Below, piece after piece: positions 45,670-54,544 of a DNA stretch of 64,000 nucleotides (positions are counted from its first letter, which is position 1; each line of letters opens with the position of its first letter). The stretch is from Candidatus Moraniibacteriota bacterium (lineage in GTDB: Bacteria; Patescibacteriota; Minisyncoccia; Moranbacterales; UBA1568). The notes beneath the pieces are model-generated. The model was not told where the DNA came from, searched no databases, and worked only from the letters and a program-made list of their open reading frames with translations. The stretch lies in the NCBI GenBank assembly GCA_052034935.1, contig JBPOIB010000001.1:74746-138745 (forward strand), written 5' to 3'. The position numbers and the translations under genes were made by a program.

Positions 45670-45746
45670 GGTCGCATAGTTCAGTTGGTTAGAACGTTCG
45701 ATTCACATTCGAAAGGTCCCTGGTTCGAGTCCAGGTGCGACCACCA
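45670..45746 (+). tRNA. tRNA-Val (anticodon CAC), CCA encoded
   Basis: A cloverleaf read by hand: acceptor GGTCGCA/TGCGACC, D-arm GTTC/GAAC, anticodon stem TTCGA/TCGAA with loop TTCACAT, and T-arm CCTGG-TTCGAGT-CCAGG. Confidence 0.85.
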
Positions 45747-45762
45747 AATATATTTCTTGAGT

Positions 45763-47088
45763 ATGCTCGACATCGGATTCATTCGGGACAACGAAGCGGC
45801 CATTCGTTCGGCAATCATGAACAAGAATCTCTCGCTGGATCTTGACCATCTGATTGCTGTAGACAAAGAGCGGCGCGAGCTCCTCCAAAAGATGGAGGAG
45901 TTGAAGTCGCTCAAGAATGACATCAATACTCTCATCCAATCAGCTGCCTCGCCGGAGGAACGGGCGGAAGTGATCGCGAAAGGGAAGGAGATTAAAGCTG
46001 CGCTCGAGGTGGTGGAGCCGGACTGGCGGCGAGTCAAGGCGGAATTCGATGTCCTCATGGCGGCAGTGCCCAATATCGTCTCTCCGGATACGCCGATTGG
46101 CAAAAGCGATGCGGAAAACAAGGAGGTGCTCGTTTCAGGTAATAAGCCGTCTTTTCCGTTCGCTCCGAAAACACATATCGAAATCGGCCATGACCTGGAC
46201 ATCCTTGACCTTGAGCGGGGTGCGAAGGTTGGCGGCTACAGAGGTTATTATGTGAAGAATGAGGGCGTTCTTCTCGTCATGGGACTCATGATGTATGCAC
46301 TCCAGAAGCTTGCCGCCAGAGGCTATCAGCCGATGATTCCACCGACTCTGGTCAAAGGGTTTCCACTTTTCGGCTCCGGCTATTTCAAGGGTCTCGACTA
46401 CGATCAGTCAATCGATGAAGTCTATGAAGTGGCGTCCGCTGACAAAGAGAGTGACGGCAGCATCTCGAAAGAACAGAAGTTCCTTGTTGGTACTGCCGAA
46501 CCATCGCTTCTTGCCTACTATAGCGACGAGGTGCTCGACGAGTCTGTCCTCCCGCTCCGGCTGGCGGGTTTCAGTCAGTGCTACCGTAGTGAGATTGGCT
46601 CTTATGGCAAGGATACCAAGGGGATGTACCGCGTCCATGAATTCATGAAGGTGGAGCAGGTTGTCATCGCGCCGGCCGATATCGCGCTCGCCGATTCACT
46701 CCAGGAAGAGATGATCGGCCTGTCCGAAGAGATGCATCAAGAGCTTGGGTTACCATATCGCAAGATCCAGATCTGCACTGGCGATATGAGCGCGGGGAAA
46801 TATCGTGCGTTCGATCTGGAGGCGTGGATGCCGGGAATGAACCGCTATGGTGAAACTGGCTCAGCCTCGAACTTCCTTGATTGGCAGGCCCGTCGGCTCA
46901 ATGTGAAGTATACTGAGGGAAGAACAGGTGAGAAGCGCTACGTGTATATGCTCAACAATACAGCACTTCCGACGCCGCGTGTCCTTATTGCCATTCTTGA
47001 AAATAATCAGGAGAGCGATGGGAGTGTTCGGGTACCGGAAGTTTTGCGGCCATTCGTGGGCAAGGATCGGATTCAGAAAAAAGGATAG
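45763..47088 (+). CDS. serS: Seryl-tRNA synthetase
   Basis: An N-terminal coiled-coil arm and class II core (RSEIGSYGKDTKGMYRVHEF, GETGSASN). The start is at ATG 45763; the upstream part of the track ORF runs through the tRNA. Confidence 0.9.
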   Translation: MLDIGFIRDNEAAIRSAIMNKNLSLDLDHLIAVDKERRELLQKMEELKSLKNDINTLIQSAASPEERAEVIAKGKEIKAALEVVEPDWRRVKAEFDVLMAAVPNIVSPDTPIGKSDAENKEVLVSGNKPSFPFAPKTHIEIGHDLDILDLERGAKVGGYRGYYVKNEGVLLVMGLMMYALQKLAARGYQPMIPPTLVKGFPLFGSGYFKGLDYDQSIDEVYEVASADKESDGSISKEQKFLVGTAEPSLLAYYSDEVLDESVLPLRLAGFSQCYRSEIGSYGKDTKGMYRVHEFMKVEQVVIAPADIALADSLQEEMIGLSEEMHQELGLPYRKIQICTGDMSAGKYRAFDLEAWMPGMNRYGETGSASNFLDWQARRLNVKYTEGRTGEKRYVYMLNNTALPTPRVLIAILENNQESDGSVRVPEVLRPFVGKDRIQKKG

Positions 47089-47153
47089 GTGGCATTGACC
47101 GGAAGGGTGGTTTTGGTACAATGCCTAAAGTTTTGATTTTGCCGGAAAAATTT

Positions 47154-47226
47154 GGGTGCGTAGCTCAGTCGGTAGAGCAGTGGCCTTTTAAGCCAACGGT
47201 CGAGGGTTCGATTCCCCCCGCACCCA
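47154..47226 (+). tRNA. tRNA-Lys (anticodon UUU), no encoded CCA
   Basis: Acceptor GGGTGCG/CGCACCC, D-arm GCTC/GAGC, anticodon loop CTTTTAA, and T-loop TTCGATT. There is one G-A at pair 27-43 and one A-C in the T-stem. Confidence 0.75.
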
Positions 47227-47236
47227 CAAAACGAAA

Positions 47237-47262
47237 AGTCCCCGCTCGGGGATTTTTGTTTT
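47237..47262 (+). terminator. Rho-independent terminator after tRNA-Lys
   Basis: GTCCCC-gctc-GGGGAT followed by TTTTTGTTTT. Confidence 0.55.
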
Positions 47263-47380
47263 GGGTAGGAGGAAGCCAACTGATTGGCTTCCGGGGGGTG
47301 GGGGGGCAGAAATCTGGCCACGTCGGTGGATAGATTATCTGTGACCGATTCCCACTGCCCCTACCAAAGAATGTTTTAGA

Positions 47381-47409
47381 AACGCCCCCCTCGGGCGTTT
47401 TCTGTTTTT
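47381..47409 (+). terminator. Second rho-independent terminator-like hairpin
   Basis: ACGCCC-ccctc-GGGCGT followed by TTTCTGTTTTT. With the previous terminator it brackets a ~120-nt structured GC-rich segment. Confidence 0.5.
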
Positions 47410-47446
47410 CAGGTCATGGTATAATCAGGGAGAAATCTTTCCACCT

Positions 47447-48625
47447 ATGTTGCGAAAAATAACGCACCTTACCTTGCTTCCCGCTACTCTTCTCATGCTC
47501 TCGGGCTGCAGTCTGAAACCACCGATTGTTGGAAATACCCCAGCGAATCCCGATCAAGATCCCAATGCCTTTAGTGCTACGGTTGAACCGGGGAGTATCT
47601 GGCGCTCCGATGATGGCGGTAAGTCATTCGCCCCAAAGGTATATGTCGATGAGAAGCGCAAGGTAACGAAGGCAGACGTTCTCAATATCTCCTTTCTTCT
47701 TCGGGAGGATGAAGAAACGCGAACTCAGACGGCCGAAATCCGTCGCGTCCCGGACATCTATGTCGGTACGATTGATGACATGATTTTCAAGACAGTTGAT
47801 GGTGCCGAAGTCTGGGAGCCAGTCAACTTTCCTCCGCAAAAAGTCTATAGCTTTGTCGCCTCCAAGCGGAGCGTCGATCGGATGTATGCAACCGGAGCGG
47901 TTGCGGGAAGAGGAAAAATATTTCGCACCATTGACGGTGGCGAGACATGGAAGGATGTTTACAGCGAACCAGGGGCTGGTACAACTATCGTCTCGTTGGC
48001 AGAGCATCCGATGGACATCAATCTCCTCTACGCTGGAACGAGTGCTGGGACGGTGGTCCTGAGTCGTGACGGCGGAGAAACCTGGAAGAATGTCGGAACA
48101 GCAGTAAACGGACCGATTACCGGTATTGTCTTCGATGCCAAAGAAAAGAACATAGTGTACCTCCTTGCCTTCAATTCGAAGATCTACACGACGTCAGACG
48201 CCGGTGATACCTGGAAAGACCTCGATACGCTGCGGACCGAAGAGAAGAAAAAAAATCCTGATTCTGCAGCGAAACCAGTTGTCGCGATGCAGGCCATCAA
48301 TATCCTCGTCGCTGATCCCTATATCTCAGGCACGATTTATGCTGGCACGAAAACGGGAATCTTCCGAAGCCGCGATTTCGGGATCAACTTTGAAAGGATG
48401 AATATCATCGAGAGCGCGGAGAAGTTCCCCATTCGGGCGCTCGCCATCAATCCGAAGAATTCGAATGAAATCGTTTTTGTTGCTGGCCGGACATTTTATA
48501 AGTCCATGAATGGCGGAGATACCTGGTCGGTTGAGCTCCTCTCTGTCGACCGAGAAGTCTCCGTCCTCACCTATGATCCGCTCTATCCAGAAGTACTGTA
48601 TCTCGGACTCCGTAAACTGAAATAA
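47447..48625 (+). CDS. Lipoprotein with BNR/Asp-box-like beta-propeller repeats (Ycf48/sortilin-like)
   Basis: A lipobox LLMLSGC. A repeated S/D-x-DGG-x-(S/T)-W motif occurs at least 6 times (DGGKSF, DGAEVW, DGGETW x2, DAGDTW, NGGDTW). Confidence 0.7.
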   Translation: MLRKITHLTLLPATLLMLSGCSLKPPIVGNTPANPDQDPNAFSATVEPGSIWRSDDGGKSFAPKVYVDEKRKVTKADVLNISFLLREDEETRTQTAEIRRVPDIYVGTIDDMIFKTVDGAEVWEPVNFPPQKVYSFVASKRSVDRMYATGAVAGRGKIFRTIDGGETWKDVYSEPGAGTTIVSLAEHPMDINLLYAGTSAGTVVLSRDGGETWKNVGTAVNGPITGIVFDAKEKNIVYLLAFNSKIYTTSDAGDTWKDLDTLRTEEKKKNPDSAAKPVVAMQAINILVADPYISGTIYAGTKTGIFRSRDFGINFERMNIIESAEKFPIRALAINPKNSNEIVFVAGRTFYKSMNGGDTWSVELLSVDREVSVLTYDPLYPEVLYLGLRKLK

Positions 48626-48642
48626 TCTCTCCTAAAAGTCAT

Positions 48643-49200
48643 ATGACCAAAGACATCATTGAAAGCAAGAAAGAGTCCTTCCTGAAAGCGGTCACTCATT
48701 TCACCGAGGAAGCGGGGACGCTTCGGACCGGTCGGGCGAACCCGGGCATTGTCGAAGGGCTGCTCGTTGACTACTACAATGCAAAGACTCCACTCATTCA
48801 GATGGCGAGTATTTCCGTGCCGGAACCGCGCCAGATCGTTATCTCTCCCTGGGACAAGGGTGTGCTTTCTCAAATTGAGGCAGCTGTCCGCGAATCCGAC
48901 CTCGGCCTCAATCCGGTGAACGATGGCTCGGTGGTTCGGATCACCCTGCCAGCCTTGACGGAAGAGCGGCGCCGGGAGTTGGTGAAGACACTCAATAGTC
49001 GGGCGGAAGAAGCTCGAATTTCCATTCGCACGATTCGAGAAGAAGCCTGGAAAGAGATTCAGGAGGCCGAAAAGGAGGGGCTCATCAGCGAGGATGATAG
49101 ATTTCGCGGCAAGGATGAGCTTCAGAAAGTGATTGATGAATATAACGGACAACTGGAGACAATCCGAGAGAAAAAAGAGGCGGAAATAATGACGGTATAA
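48643..49200 (+). CDS. frr: Ribosome recycling factor
   Basis: A 185-aa protein with the conserved RRF core (RTGRANPGIVEGLLVDYYN…RITLPALTEERRRELVK). Confidence 0.9.
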   Translation: MTKDIIESKKESFLKAVTHFTEEAGTLRTGRANPGIVEGLLVDYYNAKTPLIQMASISVPEPRQIVISPWDKGVLSQIEAAVRESDLGLNPVNDGSVVRITLPALTEERRRELVKTLNSRAEEARISIRTIREEAWKEIQEAEKEGLISEDDRFRGKDELQKVIDEYNGQLETIREKKEAEIMTV

Positions 49201-49223
49201 ATAAACACATCGCTTGATCGCTT

Positions 49224-50366
49224 ATGCTCACGATTCTCATTTTCGTTTTGGTCCTGGGAGTACTCGTCTTTGTTCACGAGCTCGGTCACTTTGCCGTCGC
49301 TCGCTTTCACGGCATCAAGGCGGATGAATTCGGTTTCGGCTTTCCGCCCCGGATTTTCGGTGTCGTCAAAGACGAAACGACCGGAAAGTATCATTTCGTG
49401 AGAGGGAATGCTGATGTCGCGAGCGAGAATACGGTCTACTCGCTCAACTGGATACCGCTCGGCGGCTTCGTCAAAATCAAAGGCGAGGACCGGAATGCGG
49501 CGGCCGGCGCTGACAGCTTTGCGGAACGCAGCGCTTGGACGAGGATCAAGGTGCTCGGGGCTGGTGTTTTCATGAATTTCCTCCTGGCCTGGCTCCTTTT
49601 CTCGGTCGTGCTCATGCTTGGATTCCCAGAGCAGGTCGATCCGGAGAGGAGTGGACAGTACGGACCGACGAGCATCCAGATTCTCCAGGTTCAGCCGGAG
49701 ACTCCAGCGGATGAAATGGGTCTCAAGGCCGGAGATGTGCTGCTTCAGCTTGACCGTACGCCGGTCGTCACCCTTGATGGCGTTTCGAGCTACATTCGCG
49801 AACATCGCGGACAATCGATTGCGATCGAAGTACGGCGTGGCGACGAGATCGTGACGCTTTCCGCGACGCCGCGAGTGTCTGCACCCGAAGGCGAGGGTGC
49901 ACTCGGCATCAGCTTCTCCGAGACGGCCATCGTCAGCTATCCGTGGTACCAGGCGATCCGACTCGGCTTCGAGCAGACCTATGTGAAGACGGCGGAGATC
50001 CTTGGTGCGCTCGGCGGTATGGTGGCGAGTGTCTTCACCGGAGCGAAAACCCAGGTTGATATCGCCGGACCGGTCGGCATCGTTAACCTGACGAAAGACA
50101 TGAGTGACCTCGGAATCACCTATCTCCTCTATTTCGCCGCCATCCTCTCGATCAACCTCGGCATCATCAATATCCTCCCGATCCCGGCGCTCGACGGCGG
50201 GCGCATCCTCTTTGTTCTGATCGAGAAAATCAAGGGTTCGCCGGTCTCGACGAGAGTGGAAGGATATGTGCACCAGATCGGATTCATCCTCCTCATTATC
50301 CTCATGGTTCTGGTTACCTTGAATGACATTATCCGGCTCGATTTTTGGAGCCGCTTTACCAGCTGA
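49224..50366 (+). CDS. rseP: Site-2 protease RseP (M50 zinc metalloprotease with PDZ)
   Basis: HELGHF zinc motif, a PDZ domain (GLKAGDVLLQLDRTPV), and the LDGG motif in the C-terminal TM region. Confidence 0.85.
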   Translation: MLTILIFVLVLGVLVFVHELGHFAVARFHGIKADEFGFGFPPRIFGVVKDETTGKYHFVRGNADVASENTVYSLNWIPLGGFVKIKGEDRNAAAGADSFAERSAWTRIKVLGAGVFMNFLLAWLLFSVVLMLGFPEQVDPERSGQYGPTSIQILQVQPETPADEMGLKAGDVLLQLDRTPVVTLDGVSSYIREHRGQSIAIEVRRGDEIVTLSATPRVSAPEGEGALGISFSETAIVSYPWYQAIRLGFEQTYVKTAEILGALGGMVASVFTGAKTQVDIAGPVGIVNLTKDMSDLGITYLLYFAAILSINLGIINILPIPALDGGRILFVLIEKIKGSPVSTRVEGYVHQIGFILLIILMVLVTLNDIIRLDFWSRFTS

Positions 50367-50424
50367 AAACCGCTTCGACGTGGGATGATTGCTCCAGGTG
50401 GAGGCAGAGAAGAGCCCTATTGAC

Positions 50425-50521
50425 CCCGTTAGAGATAACGTGGGTTTTTCATGCGAAACGCCCTGCCGATAATGCCTGAGATGAAGCGTTTTCGATGCCT
50501 AATAACCGAATCTCTAACGGG
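50425..50521. mobile_element. MITE-like palindromic-terminus element, copy B (97 bp, inverted relative to copy A)
   Basis: CCCGTTAGAGAT at 50425-50436 and ATCTCTAACGGG at 50510-50521. It is flanked by TTGAC (50420-24) and G+TTGAC (50522-27); the right flank forms the -35 box of the downstream promoter. The interior shares GGCATC(G)AAAA / CCTGCC blocks with copy A in reverse orientation. Confidence 0.5.
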
Positions 50522-50522
50522 G

Positions 50523-50551
50523 TTGACAAAAAGCTCTTTTTTTGCTAGTAT
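50523..50551 (+). promoter_or_regulatory. Sigma70 consensus-like promoter TTGACA-N17-TAGTAT
   Basis: TTGACA at 50523-28 and TAGTAT at 50546-51, 30 nt upstream of the wzz-like ATG. The same TTGACAAAAG…TAGTAT architecture recurs at 54516 and 63733. Confidence 0.5.
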
Positions 50552-50581
50552 TCAACGTTACTTCATTATTACTCAAAGGCT

Positions 50582-51211
50582 ATGCCGATGAACAATGTTT
50601 TGGCTCTACTGTGGGGAAAAAAGGGGAGTGTCTTCCTTTTTGGTGTCTTCGTGTCCGCTGCGGTCTTCTTCGTTGAGACAGCGGTATCGCCGCGTTACGC
50701 TGTGCGAACCGACTTCATGGTGGTACAATCATCTGGCTCTCAGGACTTCTATACGCTTTTCAAATCGTCCGAATACCTGAGCAAGGTCCTTTCCGAATCG
50801 CTCTATAGCGAGCGCTTCATCAACGCCGTCATTGAGACGGGCAAGGTGAGCGCACAGGGATTCTTGCCGACCAATAAGAAAGACCGGCTCACTGCTTGGC
50901 GCTCGATGGTCGCGGTCGAAAAGAATATCGAACTCGGCATGCTTGCCGTGACCGTGAAGTCCGATACCGAGAAAGAGGCGTCGAAGACGATGGACGCGAT
51001 TTCGGATGTTCTCATTAACCGCAACAAAGAATTCCGCGGCGGCGATGAGAAGGCGATCGAGATCCGCATCCTCTCCGGTCCGATCAGCGACCGTAATCCG
51101 AACCCGAAAGACCTACTTGTACTCGCTCTCGCAGGGTTCATCGCCGGCGCTTTCATCCGCTCCGCCTGGATCGCGGTGAAAGTCATCGATACTTCAGCGA
51201 AACGAGGATAA
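50582..51211 (+). CDS. Wzz/chain-length-determinant-like protein (two TM, short periplasmic domain)
   Basis: An N-terminal TM followed by SPRYAVRTDFMVV (the P-x-Y-x-A…V pattern of Wzz N-termini), and a C-terminal TM (LLVLALAGFIAGAFI). Confidence 0.55.
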   Translation: MPMNNVLALLWGKKGSVFLFGVFVSAAVFFVETAVSPRYAVRTDFMVVQSSGSQDFYTLFKSSEYLSKVLSESLYSERFINAVIETGKVSAQGFLPTNKKDRLTAWRSMVAVEKNIELGMLAVTVKSDTEKEASKTMDAISDVLINRNKEFRGGDEKAIEIRILSGPISDRNPNPKDLLVLALAGFIAGAFIRSAWIAVKVIDTSAKRG

Positions 51212-51349
51212 TATTTCTGGAGAAAGAGGGGGCTCTCGCCTCCTCTGGACCATCTCTCTCGAGAACGAGGGGGTTGTTCCAGAGGATAGCGTCGAAAAAG
51301 TTCGTTCAAAACTTACTGCTTACAATCAATCAACACAAGGAGTCTTAGC

Positions 51350-52210
51350 ATGCGATTCACATCGCTCGCTCTCATGTCAGTCCTGACGGTGCTCGTTGGC
51401 TGTTCGTCACTTCCCCGCGATAGCGGCTTCGAAGTGCGGACGGTTGAAGCGACCGGCCGCCAGGAGCCGTGGCAGAACCGCGCGCTCAACCGCAGCGTGT
51501 TCGCCAAGAACGGCATCGCAGTGGTCTACGTCGCACTGCCGCAGCCGCTCCCGGAAAAGTGGAAGAAAGAATTCGTCGACACCGCCCGAACCTACGAGGT
51601 CCGGGAGGGACGGCGGAAAGTCTCGAAGTCGCTGGTCCGGGAAGTATTTCGCGCCGTCGCGACCTATGGTCCGAACGAGGTATCGATCTATGACGCCGTC
51701 GTCGATCGGGACAAGGGCTTCATGGTCCTCATCCCGGTTTCCGATCGGCGCCGGATTGAAGGGAAGTCCCTCCATATCTTGTCTTCGGACGGGAAGTGGG
51801 GGATGACGACCCTCGGTGTCATGCTCGAGTTCGAGAAGGGGTTCGCCCCGGACCGGATTCTCGCCACACCGAGCTCGCTCGTGACCCAAGTGATCCATCT
51901 TGATCCGGAAGGCGACGAGAATGCGAGGCGCATGCTTGATCGTCTGGTCAAGTCTTTCCCCGAGCCGTTCTGGTTCCGGGGCAAGGCCGAAGCCTACATC
52001 GGCAAAAGCGATGTGGTCACCGTCATCGCCGAATTCACTTCGGTCGACAGTGCAGCCGATCGGCTGATCTCGTGTACGAGCCTCAAGCTCGGACCGAATA
52101 CCGTCGCGGCACTCCCTCTCGTCGCGACACTCTATGCCTACCAGGCCGTGAGCGCGCTGACCAAGGAAGACTGCTACCAACCGATCCGTCTCCCGGATGC
52201 CCCGACATAA
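51350..52210 (+). CDS. Lipoprotein, unknown function
   Basis: A signal peptide with lipobox LVGCSS, 286 aa, and an AAGGAG Shine-Dalgarno. GC rises to ~62% from here. Confidence 0.55.
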   Translation: MRFTSLALMSVLTVLVGCSSLPRDSGFEVRTVEATGRQEPWQNRALNRSVFAKNGIAVVYVALPQPLPEKWKKEFVDTARTYEVREGRRKVSKSLVREVFRAVATYGPNEVSIYDAVVDRDKGFMVLIPVSDRRRIEGKSLHILSSDGKWGMTTLGVMLEFEKGFAPDRILATPSSLVTQVIHLDPEGDENARRMLDRLVKSFPEPFWFRGKAEAYIGKSDVVTVIAEFTSVDSAADRLISCTSLKLGPNTVAALPLVATLYAYQAVSALTKEDCYQPIRLPDAPT

Positions 52211-52374
52211 GGGCAGCCGGATCCGAGTCGGAGCGATCTGTAAAGAAAGGAGCTCATCCGTGAGCGACCCATCCGTTTTGAAACCGTCCAGGGATCAAGC
52301 GTGGGTCGCTCATATCGACCCACCTTTGTTCCTGGGTTTACCAAATGAACCTATGGCTGAAGGAGGCCGAAATC

Positions 52375-54354
52375 ATGACTGACTCTGTCCAATCCGGCGC
52401 TCCTAAAAGCGTCCAAACCCACGCGACGAGCGATCGTCCGTGGTACTTCCATCCTGTCGCAATCATCATCACTGCCGTCCTCATCGCCATCGTGGCAAGC
52501 TTCCTCACCTTCACCCCTCAGGGTGCGGCGTGGATGAAGTCCCTCCGGGCTTCGGGTACGGCTGTTCCGATGGCTGTGGCTCCCGCTGCTTCGGCTGCCG
52601 AGACGGCTGCCAGCGCTGCTGCCCAGGCTGAACCGCAACCGGCGGCAGCTGACGCAGCGACCGAACCCAAGACCTACACGGTCGAAAAGGACGACTGGCT
52701 CTCGCTGGTTTTCCCGAACGACTGGAAGTCTGTCTGCGAACTGAACCGCGACATCCTGAAGAAGGGTTGCGGTCACATCGTCGAGGGCCAGGTGCTGAAG
52801 CTCCCCGAAGGCGTCCAAGCCACGGAAAAGAGCGCCCGCGCCAGGAAGCCCCAAGGCAAAAAGGTCGTCAAGACCGAAAAGCCCCAGGCTTCGCGTGCGG
52901 TTCTGCCGAAGACAAACGCTGCAGGCGAAATCCTGTACGCGAGAGTCGGCGCGGCACCCCTGAACGGCTGCGGCAAGCGCGACATCGCTGATATCAGCAA
53001 GGAAGCATGGAATGTGCTCGGCCTGTCGGAAGACGACCAAGCTTACCTCGTGCTGAATGCTGACCTGAAGTACGGTCCGCGCATCAATGCCACGGCCCAT
53101 TCCGGCATCGTGCAGCTCGTGCCCGACATGCGTCTCGATCAGGTCACCTTCTGCCGCAAGGGCAAGGTGGTCGCGATCGGTCCCATGCGCACGGCCTGGA
53201 ATCAGGATACGGCGGTCTACGGCGAACGGTTCGTGCTTCCTTCCGGCAAGTTGCTGGTGTGGATGCGCAACTGCTTCAATTGGGTCATCCTCCCCGAGGA
53301 GAAGAAGGCACTTCCTGTGCCCCCTCCTCTCCCCGAGGAGCCCCCGATCGAGCCGCTGCCGCCCGAACTACCTGTCTCAGTGCCACTGCCTGTGGTCCCG
53401 CCGCCGACCGTCGCCGAAGCCCCCAAAGGCCTGTGCGATTGGATCGACATGGCTGGCGCCCTCGGCCAGCACCATGTCCCTCGTCAGAACGGGGACAAGG
53501 CAAGCTCTGACTTCCTCACCTTCGTCTTGGACTGCCAACAGCGCCTCGAAAGCAATGATGGTTCCTGGGGCATCGGTGGGAAGGCTGAATACTCTGCCTG
53601 GCATGGGACTGCCAACCGTGGTGTCGGCAAGTACGAAGGCTGGAACTACAAGGCGATGGTTTCGTACCGCCAGATTATGGACGAAGGGTACGACTGGGGT
53701 GTGGCCGCCGGCGTCGGGCATCAGCGCGAGCGCTACCATCAGGACAAGTACGCTTCTCGAAGCGACTATGACCTGGTGACCGTCTCGCTGGTCCATAACG
53801 ACTACCGTCGCCGCATGGCCGGTGAGACCTGGGACGTGGAACGCCAGTATTACGGCGGCATCACGATCCCGATCGCATCGGAGCTCAGCCACACGTGGAA
53901 CGGCGAGAAGATCGCCGACACGTCCGGTATGGGTCGCCTCAAGTTCGGCGTCCAAGCTGGCGCCCGCTGGTGGTTCTACGAGTCCCAAGATCTGCCGTTC
54001 CTGCCGTATCTCGAAGGCGGACTGTTCGTCCAGCATCCGACGAGCGCGTCGGGCAATGCCATGATCGGTATCGCTGATCCGGCCCGCATCTGTGGCATCG
54101 GCATCGGCATCGACCAGGACTTCCAGAACGGCGGCAACCCCGTCGGTGCCTGGGGATGGAACTGCGACCCCTTCCAGGGTGCTCGTGTCGTCCGCTCCAA
54201 GTACCGCAAGCATCAGGTCATTACCGATGCAGCGAGGAGGGGCGTCACGATCGAGGAGAAGGACGGGTATATCCAGAGCATCCGCTTTGGACCAGAATGG
54301 CTCAAGACGCAAGGTCTGACCATCGTGCCCGCTCCCGATTCGAGTAAGCAGTAA
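52375..54354 (+). CDS. Membrane-anchored LysM-domain protein with Pro-rich linker and large uncharacterised C-terminal domain
   Basis: GAAGGAGG Shine-Dalgarno 7 nt before ATG 52375. A TM helix, then LysM (YTVEKDDWLSLVFPN…GHIVEGQVLKLP), a linker PVPPPLPEEPPIEPLPPELPVSVPLPVVPPP, and a ~320-aa Trp/Gly-rich domain of unknown fold. Confidence 0.6.
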   Translation: MTDSVQSGAPKSVQTHATSDRPWYFHPVAIIITAVLIAIVASFLTFTPQGAAWMKSLRASGTAVPMAVAPAASAAETAASAAAQAEPQPAAADAATEPKTYTVEKDDWLSLVFPNDWKSVCELNRDILKKGCGHIVEGQVLKLPEGVQATEKSARARKPQGKKVVKTEKPQASRAVLPKTNAAGEILYARVGAAPLNGCGKRDIADISKEAWNVLGLSEDDQAYLVLNADLKYGPRINATAHSGIVQLVPDMRLDQVTFCRKGKVVAIGPMRTAWNQDTAVYGERFVLPSGKLLVWMRNCFNWVILPEEKKALPVPPPLPEEPPIEPLPPELPVSVPLPVVPPPTVAEAPKGLCDWIDMAGALGQHHVPRQNGDKASSDFLTFVLDCQQRLESNDGSWGIGGKAEYSAWHGTANRGVGKYEGWNYKAMVSYRQIMDEGYDWGVAAGVGHQRERYHQDKYASRSDYDLVTVSLVHNDYRRRMAGETWDVERQYYGGITIPIASELSHTWNGEKIADTSGMGRLKFGVQAGARWWFYESQDLPFLPYLEGGLFVQHPTSASGNAMIGIADPARICGIGIGIDQDFQNGGNPVGAWGWNCDPFQGARVVRSKYRKHQVITDAARRGVTIEEKDGYIQSIRFGPEWLKTQGLTIVPAPDSSKQ

Positions 54355-54382
54355 GTCCACAAGTCGGGGGAGTTCCCTCGTA

Positions 54383-54420
54383 GGGGCGGCGTCGATCACA
54401 CTCGATGCCGCCCTTTTTCT
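54383..54420 (+). terminator. Rho-independent terminator
   Basis: A 12-bp stem GGGCGGCGTCGA / TCGATGCCGCCC with loop TCACAC, followed by TTTTT. Confidence 0.6.
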
Positions 54421-54515
54421 TTTTCCGTCGCAGTAAGGTGGACAAGAGTAAAAAAAGCCGATTGCAGCAGTCATTTTGAGGCTCATGAAAGCCATTTTTT
54501 TATACTGATACGGGC

Positions 54516-54544
54516 TTGACAAAAGCCAGTTTTTGCTCTAGTAT
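54516..54544 (+). promoter_or_regulatory. Promoter TTGACA-N17-TAGTAT
   Basis: TTGACAAAAGCC…TAGTAT, ~85 nt upstream of the ATG at 54628. A strong hairpin (CCGGCATTTCCC-ggat-GGGAAATGGCG, 54563-54590) lies in the 5'UTR. Confidence 0.5.

Noticed and set aside
45640-45762. N-terminal extension of the serS track ORF running through tRNA-Val
   Set aside because: It contains the tRNA gene itself. The SerRS homology begins at the ATG at 45763.
47154-47226. tRNA-Lys as a pseudogene (two non-Watson-Crick pairs, no encoded CCA)
   Set aside because: The mismatches are at positions (27-43, 50-64) that tolerate non-canonical pairs. The anticodon loop has U33/UUU/A37, the T-loop is TTCGATT, and the acceptor stem is perfect, so a functional tRNA is more likely.
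47291-47312. G-tract CCGGGGGGTGGGGGGGCAG as a G-quadruplex or rRNA fragment
   Set aside because: It is too short and isolated for an rRNA. It is more parsimoniously one strand of a GC-rich stem, and was included in the structured-segment finding instead.
52351-54522. Long minus-strand ORFs (52351-53100, 53377-54522, also 54598-55446, 55516-56619, 57069-57986, 58290-59318)
   Set aside because: They all lie antisense or out-of-frame within the 62-65% GC island, where stop codons are rare by chance. Their products are Arg/Pro/Ala-rich low-complexity strings. The plus-strand genes (or the 57905-59299 membrane protein) have signal peptides, Shine-Dalgarno sequences, promoters, and terminators.
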